A stretch of 46,986 bases of DNA, from assembly GCA_009845545.1 (NCBI GenBank), contig VXZK01000018.1, positions 1-46,986 of the forward strand, given 5' to 3'. Shown piece after piece: positions 1 to 9,421 of this stretch; positions within the stretch are counted from its first letter, which is position 1; each line of letters starts with the position of its first letter. The translations under genes were made by a program, and so were the position numbers. The DNA is from Candidatus Poribacteria bacterium. GTDB lineage: Bacteria; Poribacteria; WGA-4E; WGA-3G. The notes beneath the pieces were generated by a model, which was not told where the DNA came from, did no database searches, and saw only the letters and a program-made list of their open reading frames with translations.

Positions 1-7
1 ATGCTTT

Positions 8-859
8 TCATAATCGAAGAGTATAACACTTTTTAAGAAATTGCGTAAGTCCTAATCTATAATTGGGTATGAGATTATCTTCAATCCATTTTGCGTATTT
101 TCCTGTTAGTGGTACTGACCAAACACGCCCTTTTGCTCTAACATCATATCCTGACCAAGGTTGTGAACTTTCACCACCGCTATATCCGTGAGATGGTCCC
201 GTCAAATCGCCTGATCTGTATTTGCCACGTCCATCTGTAAGAGGATATGCTTTATCAATCTCTTCCGGTGATTTTGGAGCTATAATAGCATCTCCATTCC
301 AAACTCTTTTTGTGCACCTTTTGGAATAATATAACAACCTATCTGTATTATTTCCGTATTTTTGAGGATCGTTATGTGCTGTAGCTCTACGCCATACAAT
401 CTCATTTTGAAAGTTTTGTTTCCCAAAGATAGCGTCCATGCACGCTTTGATATAGTGACTGGCTGTCGGGTCACAATGCAAATAGATAGAACCCGTAGAT
501 TTTAGGATACGGTGCATTTCAAGGAGTCTAACGCTAAGAAAACAGAGAAAAGCAGCGGTATTTTTATCTTGGACGACTTCTGCTGCTTTGATTACTGAAT
601 GAAGTGCCTTATGATTATCTTCAATTTCTTCCAGCCATTTTGGATGCACTTCGTTCCATTTCCACTGGTCGGGTAGTATGTTCGTATCGCCATATTTCCA
701 ATTATCGACATAAAATCCAGCAGTACCACTCCGGCTACGTTTGGTATTGAATGGCGGATCAGTCGCGATAAGGTCAACTGTTTCGCTGTTCATGCCACGT
801 AGGACAATTAGGTTGTCCATTTCATAAAGCGTATTGTCTGGGAAATTCTGGGTTTCCAT
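8..859 (-). pseudogene. Site-specific DNA methyltransferase (N4/N6, beta class), 3'-truncated
   Basis: Catalytic motif IV (IATDPPFN) and the typical RILKSTGSIYLHCD...QNEIVW segment are present. No SAM-binding FxGxG motif occurs before the stop. The frame ends shortly after TTAGGACTTACGCAA (55-41), an IS-end-like motif. Likely start is ATG at 859 (METQNF), not 916. Confidence 0.75.
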
Positions 860-970
860 ACAAAAATAACCTTTCAGAATGGCATAGATTAATTCACAAA
901 CTTCGTGAAGATACACTCAAAGTTTCGGGCGTTATAGACTAACACCGTTCTCCTACGTACAAACGGTATC

Positions 971-2074
971 TTAACTGATAACTGATAGTTGACAACTGAC
1001 AATTTTTAATGCCTTGATAAATCTTTCGTTTTCCTGTTGTGTGCCGATTGTTACGCGGACTGTATTCAGGTACCCGTACCCTGCCATCGAACGCACGATG
1101 ACTCCCTGCTTCAGAAGTGCATCGGTGATCTCTGCTCCCGACTGTTCCACGTGCAACATAATAAAATTGCCTTCCGTTTCGATATAACGCAGCCCCATGT
1201 CGTCAAATGCTTTGTAGAGGAACGTTTTTCCTGCTGCGTTGCTCTTCCGGGTTTTCGTAATGTGATCTGCATCCTTAAGTGCTGCGCGTGCGGCTGCTTG
1301 CCCGACCAAACTACAATTGAACGGCTGCCGTACCCGATTCAACATCCCAATCAAAAGAGGCGGCGCGATGCCATAACCGATACGCAGTCCTGCAAGCCCA
1401 TAAATTTTAGAAAAAGTACGGGTAATGATGAAATTCCGTCCCTCCAGCACATAAGGCAACGTCTGAGGATAATCTGAACGTGCAACATATTCATAATAGG
1501 CTTCGTCAAAAACGACCAGCACATCCGCTGGCACCTGTTCCATAAATGCCGCTGTCTCATCCGCTGTGACCATCGTCCCCGTCGGGTTATTCGGGTTCGC
1601 GATGAAAATAACCTTCGTTTTATCAGTAATAGCTGCTGCCATAGCGGAAAGGTCGTGTGTATCGTTCACCATCGGTACGACGACAGCTGTTGCATTGCAT
1701 AACTTCGTTACAAGGCTATAGACGACAAAGGCACCCGCCGCGTAGATCACTTCATCGTCCGGAGCGACATAAGTCTCAGCGATTAACTGTAGTACATCGT
1801 TTGAACCGTTCCCTAAAATCAGGTGACCATCCGAAACGCCGATATGCGCTGCAAGTTCCCTCTTAAGATAGTAGGCGTTCCCGTCGGGATAGAGATGCAC
1901 TTGTGCAGCACTCTTAGCAATCGCCTGCACCGCCAATGGCGAGGGACCCAACGGGTTTTCGTTGGATGCGAGTTTGATAATATCGGTGATGCCCAACTCG
2001 CGCTGGACCTCTTCAATCGGTTTGCCACCCTGATACGGTTGAATCGTTTCAATACCGGGTTTCGGTTTTAGCAT
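971..2074 (-). CDS. hisC: Histidinol-phosphate aminotransferase
   Basis: IIKLASNENPLGPSP, LILGNGSND, NPNNPTG, DEAYYEY and the PLP-lysine motif RTFSKIYGLAGLRIGY; full length 367 aa. Confidence 0.93.
   Translation of the reverse strand: MLKPKPGIETIQPYQGGKPIEEVQRELGITDIIKLASNENPLGPSPLAVQAIAKSAAQVHLYPDGNAYYLKRELAAHIGVSDGHLILGNGSNDVLQLIAETYVAPDDEVIYAAGAFVVYSLVTKLCNATAVVVPMVNDTHDLSAMAAAITDKTKVIFIANPNNPTGTMVTADETAAFMEQVPADVLVVFDEAYYEYVARSDYPQTLPYVLEGRNFIITRTFSKIYGLAGLRIGYGIAPPLLIGMLNRVRQPFNCSLVGQAAARAALKDADHITKTRKSNAAGKTFLYKAFDDMGLRYIETEGNFIMLHVEQSGAEITDALLKQGVIVRSMAGYGYLNTVRVTIGTQQENERFIKALKIVSCQLSVIS
973..1002. repeat. Degenerate heptamer tandem repeat (ACTGA[T/C]A) in the hisC 3' end
   Basis: aactgata actgata gttgaca actgacaa; about 4 units encoding the tail SCQLSVIS. 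Confidence 0.6.
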
Positions 2075-2274
2075 AGTGTCTTTTGTATCTCAATCCTTCT
2101 ATATCTTTCTTTCAAGCGCGTTCACAGACACGCCTAAATACAATTTTATTATACCATATCTCTCCTTTTTTCAAAAAGGGAATTTTATGCCTACACAGAT
2201 TTTCGGCTATCGGTTGTTAATCGTTGGAACTTTTCTGAAAAAAGTGGTGTTATCCGACAAATTGTTATATACTA

Positions 2275-2726
2275 AAGGAGGAGCCGATGATTCGAGAGGC
2301 TTTAGACAATTTTCAGATCACGCCGCATCTCACAGAGAATATTATGCGTGAGATTGCGCGTATCAAACCGATTGCACCCTCTGGTGGTAAACCGTTCATA
2401 CCGTGGGCGATCGCCGTTTCCACGATAGCAGTAAGGTACAGCTCTCTGATGCGCCGCCCGCTGCTGCAGCGTTGCGGTTCTCTGAAGATGGTCGGACTCT
2501 CATTAGTCTGGGTAAATCAAGAGTCCTAATTAGCAGGTTAGATGTTAAAACAGGAAGACGGACTGAGAATAAATTGGGAGAACGCCAAGGTCGCATTCAT
2601 CTCGAAACCTACGCGCTCGTACCAGATAAAGTCGCTATTGGAATGGACAACGGAAACATTGAGTTATGGGATACAACAACTGGAAAGAAGTTATCCACGA
2701 TCAGGGAAAATGTGCCTGCATCGTAA
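2275..2726 (+). pseudogene. Remnant of a sigma-factor-linked TM/WD40 protein (two out-of-frame fragments)
   Basis: KEEPMIREALDNFQITPHLTENIMREIARIKPIAPSGGKPFIPWAIAVSTIAV (linker plus start of a TM helix) switches frame into ALRFSEDGRTLISLG...VAIGMDNGNIELWDTTTGKKLSTI (WD40 blades). The sigma-extension assignment is from recall of the family and was not verified by search. Confidence 0.55.
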
Positions 2727-2750
2727 TCTGTTCGTGTGCTTTTGTAGCAC

Positions 2751-2935
2751 CATAGGTCAATTTAGGATTCTACACAGATACCATCCCTACGGGATTCAAG
2801 AGGGGTTTGAAGTTTTCAAGGTTTCCGAGGAGTATCCGGTTCGGTTGGGAAACCGAACCTACCGGACCTGGGTCTGAGACAGTTATTTTTCTAAAATTGA
2901 CGCTTATGAAGCGGTTGGGAAACCGCACCTACCGG
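2751..2935. repeat. REP cluster / degenerate MITE with GTAG-type palindromes
   Basis: Hairpins GGTTCGGTT-GGGA-AACCGAACC+TAC (2838-2862) and GCGGTT-GGGA-AACCGC+ACCTAC (2911-2932), plus ATCCCTACGGGAT at ~2783. Imperfect inverted ends cataggtcaatttag (2751) and ctaaaattgacgcttatg (ending 2908). Confidence 0.6.
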
Positions 2936-3138
2936 GTCTGGGGTCCAAAATTGGACTAAAAAATCGAGAATTGAATGGCTATGTGCATCATGCTACAAAG
3001 GTGGCAATTTGCGTTATACAATGGTATTATAAAGACAGCATTCTCGTCAAAGTGTGCAATGAAACATCGAGCTGGGGATTCTACCTGCGGATTACTGACA
3101 CCGATGGAAAACCGTTTGATGATTTGAAAATTATAGGC

Positions 3139-3238
3139 CTAGTGCTTCGTCAAGTCATAAATGATTGATACATCGGGCGGGGAAACCCCGCCCCTACGAA
3201 AAATTCTATCCATCATTTGAATGTGGACAGAACACTAG
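3139..3238. mobile_element. MITE flanked by CTAG, carrying a GTAG-REP hairpin
   Basis: CTAG at 3139-3142 and 3235-3238. Imperfect TIRs CTAGTGCTTCGTCAAGTCATAAATGAT and (rc) CTAGTGTTCTGTCCACATTCAAATGAT. Central GGGCGGGG-AAA-CCCCGCCC-CTAC at 3175-3197. Confidence 0.7.
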
Positions 3239-3383
3239 CAAAATAATGCACCCTTTTCAGCCTTAAAGTGCGTCACCATAAGTAACACCATAAAGTTTTA
3301 TTAGAGAGTTTCCCACACAGGATGATTTAGTTTTCGGTTGTGATTTTGGTTTTCGTTTACAGATGGTAAGGTTTTTTCCACAA

Positions 3384-3410
3384 GATCGCGAGCACAGCTC
3401 GCTCCTACAG
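3384..3410 (-). repeat. GTAG-family REP (GTAGGAGCGAGCTGTGCTCGCGATC)
   Basis: Identical copy at 26785-26811; GCGAGC/GCTCGC palindrome next to a GTAG tetranucleotide. Confidence 0.8.
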
Positions 3411-3478
3411 AGGAAAGTATACCCATATATGAAGTCAATTTTTAAAACTGAATCGCTCTGGTTTCCCACAAAAATGTC

Positions 3479-3507
3479 TTGACATTGCGCAAAGCCTTTG
3501 TTATAAT
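3479..3507 (+). promoter_or_regulatory. Sigma70 promoter of the MoxR/VWA cluster
   Basis: TTGACA (3479-3484), 17-bp spacer, TG-n-TATAAT (3502-3507); 66 bp upstream of the ATG at 3574, which has an AAGGAG RBS. Confidence 0.75.
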
Positions 3508-3573
3508 TGGTGGCAAGCACACAGTAACTACTGAAATGGTCATTCGGATACTTTTACAAAAGGAGCAGATTTC

Positions 3574-5046
3574 ATGGAAGAAAAATTGATTCTTGAAAAG
3601 ATCCAGCGCGTCCGACAGCGACTGAACATCCAACGCTACTTCCAAACGTTAGCGATATTCCTCTTCTACGGATTCTTGATGTGTGTCCCGTTCGTCATCG
3701 CTGACAGCGTCACATCCTTTAATATCCCACCTCTGGTTTTTCTCTGGGTGGCACTCGGCATCGCCGCTGCTGCCTTAGTATTCCGTCTCTTGCGCCCTGT
3801 GAGTCTCGAAGAAGCAGCACGGACTATTGACACAGACGCGTCCCTCAAAGACCGCGTTATAAGTGGTTTAGAACAGATTCAACACCAGACCAGCGAAACC
3901 TTGACGGCTCTTCAACTTCAAGATACAACCAAAAGACTACAAGCGGTTCCAGTGAATCAGGTCGCGCGGTATGCTGTCCCACGCGAGACCAAATTTATTG
4001 TGCTCGTCGCCATATTTCTCGTCGGTTTTTCGTTCGTCGAATTTTTCGCACCGTCCGCCACCTCAACAGAGATTGATTTCTCACCGCAGATCGCTGCGGA
4101 GGCTGATACACTCTTGAAAGAGATTGAAAAGGCAAAAAAGGAAGCCGATCAGAACGAAGACCCAGAGCTTGAAGAACTCTTGAAAGAGATTGAGAAACGA
4201 GCACTTGCCTTGAAAAAACCTCAGATTGCGCCGAAGGAAGCACTCGCCCGCATGACGGAATTGAGCGCACTGTTGAAGACGAAAGTTAACCCCCAGAAAA
4301 TGGCGCAGCAGGAATCGCTCATGAGCGGGTTAGGGCAACAGTTCATTGGCAACCCATATTTAGGCGAATTTGGACAGCAGCTGAAACGCGGTGATTATCA
4401 ACAGGCAGCGGCAAAACTGGAGCAAGTGACGAAAAAGCTGCCGGAATTCGAGAAGGAGAAACGCCAAAATATTTCCGATGAGTTGAAACGTGGTGGCAAG
4501 AGCCTACAAGGCACCGATCTTGATGGACTCGGTACAGAGTTGTCCGGCGCGGGTGAAGGCTTAGCCAACGACGATGTCGAAGGCGCGCAAACACGGCTCC
4601 GCGCATCAAGCAAAAAGATGCGGAATCTTGCACTGCTCAAGAAACGCAATCTACAGTTGGCAAAATTGCTCTCGGAATGCGAAGCGTGCAAGGCAGGTAT
4701 TGCTGGTGTGTGCCAAAACAACAATACAGGGTTAACCAATGCCCTGAGCCAAAATCCGAGTAAGCGTATAGGAAAAGGGACTTCTAAGGGGCAACTCGGT
4801 CAATTCACATCACTTGACTCTACGCTCAACCTTGAACAGATTACGGGTGTCCAGGGCGAAGGCAGTTCTACCGTTCAAACCTCTAAGACATCAGCCGAGG
4901 GGCAGCAATCCGCTGTCAGTTACAAAGATGCGTACACGAAGTATCAGAAACTTTCAGAGGATGCTCTGACCGAAGAGCAAATTCCTTTGGGTTACAAGTT
5001 CTACGTGAAACGCTATTTCGAGTCGATCAAACCGAGTGATGAGTAG
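3574..5046 (+). CDS. Membrane-anchored coiled-coil protein of MoxR/VWA clusters
   Basis: Three N-terminal TM segments, EEAARTID...LKDRVISGLE motif, long helical region, CxxC, G/S/T-rich linker and C-terminal IPLGYKFYVKRYF motif typical of MoxR-associated proteins. Confidence 0.75.
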   Translation: MEEKLILEKIQRVRQRLNIQRYFQTLAIFLFYGFLMCVPFVIADSVTSFNIPPLVFLWVALGIAAAALVFRLLRPVSLEEAARTIDTDASLKDRVISGLEQIQHQTSETLTALQLQDTTKRLQAVPVNQVARYAVPRETKFIVLVAIFLVGFSFVEFFAPSATSTEIDFSPQIAAEADTLLKEIEKAKKEADQNEDPELEELLKEIEKRALALKKPQIAPKEALARMTELSALLKTKVNPQKMAQQESLMSGLGQQFIGNPYLGEFGQQLKRGDYQQAAAKLEQVTKKLPEFEKEKRQNISDELKRGGKSLQGTDLDGLGTELSGAGEGLANDDVEGAQTRLRASSKKMRNLALLKKRNLQLAKLLSECEACKAGIAGVCQNNNTGLTNALSQNPSKRIGKGTSKGQLGQFTSLDSTLNLEQITGVQGEGSSTVQTSKTSAEGQQSAVSYKDAYTKYQKLSEDALTEEQIPLGYKFYVKRYFESIKPSDE

Positions 5047-5059
5047 AACGAAGTGATAG

Positions 5060-5090
5060 AGAAGCCGAGTTGCCATAACTCGGCTTCTTT
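5060..5090 (+). terminator. Perfect 12-bp intergenic stem-loop (weak terminator or mRNA stabiliser)
   Basis: AGAAGCCGAGTT-GCCAT-AACTCGGCTTCT followed by only TT, between two co-oriented genes. Confidence 0.5.
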
Positions 5091-5110
5091 GCCAAACGGT
5101 AGGGAGCAAT

Positions 5111-6094
5111 ATGTCCGAACACGCTGAAGAAAAATATGAAGAATTTCGCGAGACTTTCCTAAAAATACAACAAGAAATATCCAAACAAATCGTCGGGCAA
5201 AAAGAAATTATCGAAGGGGTTCTCATCTGTCTCATGACGGGTGGACACGCGCTGTTAGAAGGTGTCCCCGGCTTGGGTAAAACCCTGCTTATCCGGACAT
5301 TGCATGAGGTGTTAGACCTCAAATTTGCCCGAATCCAATTCACACCAGACCTGATGCCGGCAGACATCATCGGCACCACTGTTGTCGCTGAGGATGAGGC
5401 CGGACGGAAGTTCTTTGAATTTCAACAGGGTCCCGTATTTGCCAATCTTATTCTCGCCGATGAAATCAACCGTGCGACCCCCAAAACACAGTCTGCCTTG
5501 TTAGAAGCGATGCAGGAAAAATCCGTGACTGTTGCCGGCCAGCAGCGGGACCTCAAATTGCCTTTCTTTGTGATGGCGACGCAAAATCCGTTGGAAATGG
5601 AAGGCACCTATCCGTTGCCTGAAGCGCAACTCGACCGCTTCTTCTTTAAACTCAAGGTCGAATACCCAAGCCTCGACGAACTCGATCTCGTTATGGAACG
5701 GACAACGCGGCGCGAAATGCCGTCCGTGGATAAAGTTTGTGACGGCGCACAGATTAACGCATTGGAACAGATTGTCCGTGATATCCTCATTGCTGAAGAT
5801 GTAGGCAGGTACGCTTTGCGAATTGTGCTGGGTACACACCCCGAAGCAGAAGATGCGCCGGAACTGACGAAAAAATATGTTCGCTACGGTTCGAGTCCGC
5901 GTGGTGCGCAAGCGTTGATTCTCGGCGGAAAGGTTCGGGCAATTCTTGATGGCAGATACAACGTCGCTCGTGAGGATATTCAAGCCATCGCCCTACCGAG
6001 TTTGCGGCATCGTCTCATCCTTAGCTTTGAAGGCGAGGCAGAAGGGATTGACCCAGACGACATCATCCAGCATCTGTTGGAAGAGATTGAATGA
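5111..6094 (+). CDS. moxR: MoxR family AAA+ ATPase
   Basis: HALLEGVPGLGKT (Walker A), RIQFTPDLMPADIIG, LADEINRATPKTQSALLEAMQE, ATQNPLEMEGTYPLPEAQLDRF. Confidence 0.95.
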   Translation: MSEHAEEKYEEFRETFLKIQQEISKQIVGQKEIIEGVLICLMTGGHALLEGVPGLGKTLLIRTLHEVLDLKFARIQFTPDLMPADIIGTTVVAEDEAGRKFFEFQQGPVFANLILADEINRATPKTQSALLEAMQEKSVTVAGQQRDLKLPFFVMATQNPLEMEGTYPLPEAQLDRFFFKLKVEYPSLDELDLVMERTTRREMPSVDKVCDGAQINALEQIVRDILIAEDVGRYALRIVLGTHPEAEDAPELTKKYVRYGSSPRGAQALILGGKVRAILDGRYNVAREDIQAIALPSLRHRLILSFEGEAEGIDPDDIIQHLLEEIE

Positions 6095-6981
6095 TGAACG
6101 ATACACAGTCCGCTTTCGACAGCGAATTCCTCAAAAAACTTGAATATCTCTATATCGTCTCGAAAAAGATTTTTGCCGGACGTATCAAGGCGGAACGCCG
6201 TAGTCCACGCCGCGGTGTCAGTGTCGAATTCGCCGATTACCGTAACTATACCGCAGGCGACGATTTCCGTTACATTGATTGGAACGCTTTCGCACGCTTG
6301 GATGAACTTTTGCTAAAGCTTTATGAAGAACGCGAAGATCTGCACATCTACTTCCTCGTCGATGCCAGCCAGTCCATGACCTATGGCGAACTGCCAAAAC
6401 TGATTTATGCGAAGCGTGTCGCCGCTGCGCTCGCCTATATCGGTCTATCCAACCTTGACCGGATCAGCATTACGACCTTCAATAACACAGGAGCGGAGCG
6501 ACTTCCAACAGAACGCGGCAAAGGTAAAATCTTTACCGTGCTTGAGTTTCTTGATCAAATCAATGGTACCGGGGAAACAGATTTGGAAACCGCGTTCCAC
6601 AACTTCGTTCATACGACCAAACGTCGTGGTCTCGTCGTCCTAATTTCTGATCTCTTTGATCCGAGCGGATTTACCAACGGACTGAACGTGTTGAAATTTC
6701 AAAAGCATGAGCTCTTCGTGATCCATATCATTGATCAGAAAGAAGTCGCCCCTGATCTACTTGGTGACTACCATCTCGTCGATGTTGAAACAAATCAGCT
6801 GCGTCAAGTCACTATCAACGAAAATCATCTCAAGCGGTATCAAGCACTGTTCCAAAAATATTGCGACGACATGGATTTATACTGCACGCAACGTGAAATC
6901 AGCCTTGTACGGACGACGACAGAATCGCCTTTCGAGGAACTTATTTTACGCATCTTTAGGATGGGTGGTTTCGTCTCTTAA
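6091..6981 (+). CDS. DUF58 domain protein
   Basis: GVSVEFADYRNYTAGDDFRYIDWNAFAR, LVDASQSM and VVLISDLF motifs; ATGA overlap with moxR. Confidence 0.9.
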   Translation: MMNDTQSAFDSEFLKKLEYLYIVSKKIFAGRIKAERRSPRRGVSVEFADYRNYTAGDDFRYIDWNAFARLDELLLKLYEEREDLHIYFLVDASQSMTYGELPKLIYAKRVAAALAYIGLSNLDRISITTFNNTGAERLPTERGKGKIFTVLEFLDQINGTGETDLETAFHNFVHTTKRRGLVVLISDLFDPSGFTNGLNVLKFQKHELFVIHIIDQKEVAPDLLGDYHLVDVETNQLRQVTINENHLKRYQALFQKYCDDMDLYCTQREISLVRTTTESPFEELILRIFRMGGFVS

Positions 6982-6984
6982 ACT

Positions 6985-9051
6985 ATGAATTTTTTATCTC
7001 CGACCTCGCTCTTGCTATTTGGGTTGGCTATTCCGATTGTCGCGCTATATATCCTTAGATTGCGTCGGCGTCGCGAACCGATTTCTACACTGATGTTCTG
7101 GGAGGAACTTTTCAGAGAACGGCAGACGACCTCGCTGTTCCAGAGACTGAAGCACCTCCTATCGCTGTTGCTGCAACTTCTATTTTTGACACTCTTAGTG
7201 CTTTCGATCGCGCGTCCGCAGTTCGCTTTCATAACGAAATCTGCTCGGCAACTGGTTTTGATTATTGACCAGTCAGCGAGCATGAACGCGATTGAAGCAG
7301 AAACTGACGAACGCACGCGGTTAGAGGTTGCGAAAGAGAGTGCCCTGCGAAGCGTAGATGGTCTCCGTTTCATGGACGAAATGACGATAATCAGTTCCCA
7401 TACACGCCCTATCATTCACATCCCGTTTACGAATCACCAGAAATCACTGCGAGAAGCGATCCATGCGATCCAACCGACCGACATCAGCACCAACCTTGAA
7501 CCCGCTTATGATTTAGCTTATGCTATTGCCCAAACAAAGCCTAATCCTGAAGTTGTTATCTTCAGCGATTTTCAGTCTGTTTCAGAAACATTGCTCGCGA
7601 AGCTTAAAAGCAAACCGGAACAGGACACAGATACCGAAGCACCTGCCCCGGAAGTCAAACAGCATTTGATACAGATAGGAAAAGCGAACGACAATGTTGG
7701 TATTACAAAGTTTCGTGTCCGAAAGAGTCTCGTTAACGCTTTCGATTACCAAACACTGCTGCGCGTCGTCAATGCCTCAGAGGAAGAGAAAAAATTCAAC
7801 GTTGAACTCTATTTCGATGAGAACCTCTTTGATGTCCGTCCTTATACGCTCGCCCCTGGTGAAAGTAAGTCCGAGATTTTCAGCAATTTTGCGTTTGAAG
7901 GTGGCAAACTCAAAGCTGTGCTTGATATTCAAGACCCACTGGTCTCAGACAACATTGCTTACGCCACACTTCCGAAACGTGATCTTATCCCTGTTTTGCT
8001 GGTGACAGCAGACAACCCGTTCCTCCAAAAAGCACTCGCTGTTGATGAACAGCTCCAGTTGACTGTCCTCACACCAACGGAATATGAAACCGATGTCCTT
8101 CCTGAAAGTGCTAATTCGCAAGGGAAAAAGAATTATCAAGTTGTTATCTTTGACCGGTACAGTCCACCTACCCTCGGTGATGGGAATTATATGTTTATCT
8201 ATCCACCTGCTGTTGATTCGTCAGAAACGCCTAACCCTGAATTGAAATGGAATATCGGTGCAGCGTTGGAGACACCGATTATTACGGATTGGGAACGGAC
8301 ACATCCTATTCTACAGCACGTTCATCTGGAGAATGTCCAAATCGGTACAGCGTATGAGGTCACGCCACCGTCCACGGCGCAGGTGCTTGCCCGTTCATTT
8401 GAATCGCCTGTATTATTCATTGACGTTAAGCCGAACCGAAAAATTGTCTTTGCTGCTATCAATATCTTGGAATCCGATCTGCCGTTACGCATCGCCTTTC
8501 CGGTAATTATAGCGAATACCATCCAGTGGTTCCAACAGCGTTCTGAAATTCTGGAATATCACCTCCATACGGGAGAAGTCTTAAAACAGCAGATTGAATC
8601 GATAGATGCAATCTCGCAACCGGAATTAAAGACAGAAACTGATTCACCCGAAAGCCCCCCAAAACTTGTAAAAATCACGGGACCTGGAGACCAAACGTGG
8701 GAACTCCCCGTTGAAGGGGATGAGCTGCTTTTTGAGCAGACGCAGCGTGCAGGTTTCTACGAACTGAAAATATCGGAAGCAGTGGATTCTACATCAGAAG
8801 AAGAACAACCACCATCAGAGGTATCCGATCCTACAAAAGATAATAGCGGAACGGTATGGGCGGTTAACCTCGCCGATGCAACAGAATCACACATCGGTGC
8901 CGACCCGGCAGTTGAAGACCTGACAAAGGCATCTGTAGCCCAGAGCAGTGCCGCGCTTTTACGCTATCCACCTTGGGTTTACTTGGTATTCCTCGCTGTT
9001 GGATTGAGTGTTTTTGAATGGTTCTTATATCAACGTAGAAGGATTGACTAA
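6985..9051 (+). CDS. BatA N-terminal and VWA domain membrane protein
   Basis: BatA-type double-TM N-terminus (LLLFGLAIPIVALYILR...SIARPQF), MIDAS motif IIDQSASM, IFSDFQ, C-terminal TM ending EWFLYQRR. Confidence 0.85.
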   Translation: MNFLSPTSLLLFGLAIPIVALYILRLRRRREPISTLMFWEELFRERQTTSLFQRLKHLLSLLLQLLFLTLLVLSIARPQFAFITKSARQLVLIIDQSASMNAIEAETDERTRLEVAKESALRSVDGLRFMDEMTIISSHTRPIIHIPFTNHQKSLREAIHAIQPTDISTNLEPAYDLAYAIAQTKPNPEVVIFSDFQSVSETLLAKLKSKPEQDTDTEAPAPEVKQHLIQIGKANDNVGITKFRVRKSLVNAFDYQTLLRVVNASEEEKKFNVELYFDENLFDVRPYTLAPGESKSEIFSNFAFEGGKLKAVLDIQDPLVSDNIAYATLPKRDLIPVLLVTADNPFLQKALAVDEQLQLTVLTPTEYETDVLPESANSQGKKNYQVVIFDRYSPPTLGDGNYMFIYPPAVDSSETPNPELKWNIGAALETPIITDWERTHPILQHVHLENVQIGTAYEVTPPSTAQVLARSFESPVLFIDVKPNRKIVFAAINILESDLPLRIAFPVIIANTIQWFQQRSEILEYHLHTGEVLKQQIESIDAISQPELKTETDSPESPPKLVKITGPGDQTWELPVEGDELLFEQTQRAGFYELKISEAVDSTSEEEQPPSEVSDPTKDNSGTVWAVNLADATESHIGADPAVEDLTKASVAQSSAALLRYPPWVYLVFLAVGLSVFEWFLYQRRRID

Positions 9052-9088
9052 AGTCGTATAATATAATCCGCTGCCCAGACGCTACCTG

Positions 9089-9421
9089 ATGAGGAGAGAT
9101 GGTGATGAACAGCAGGAATCTAAAAGTGGTAGGTGCTGTGGTTCTCTCCTGCTTGGTATTGACGCGAACATTAAAGCCAACGCTAAACTGATTGTCGTTC
9201 TCACAAGGGTACGCCAAGAGATGCAGGGACTTACCGAAAAGATTCAACGCCTTAATGAAGAAAAAGCACCTTTACACCTATCAGAGGCAACCGTTCACAC
9301 GCTACTTACCACTATAACCGAGTTGTTAGAGAATAATAGTCAGGCATGGCATGCGCTTAGCGAAGCATGCATAGCATACCACGAATGCCAACGCGCCCGA
9401 ATTGGCGCAGGACGATGGTAA
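9089..9421 (+). CDS. Hypothetical small helical/coiled-coil protein
   Basis: 110-aa ORF with coiled-coil-like composition; start codon uncertain. Confidence 0.45.
   Translation: MRRDGDEQQESKSGRCCGSLLLGIDANIKANAKLIVVLTRVRQEMQGLTEKIQRLNEEKAPLHLSEATVHTLLTTITELLENNSQAWHALSEACIAYHECQRARIGAGRW

Noticed and set aside
9044-9067. Promoter TTGACT...TATAAT for the 9089 ORF
   Set aside because: Spacing of 7 or 12 bp is incompatible with a sigma70 -35/-10 pair.
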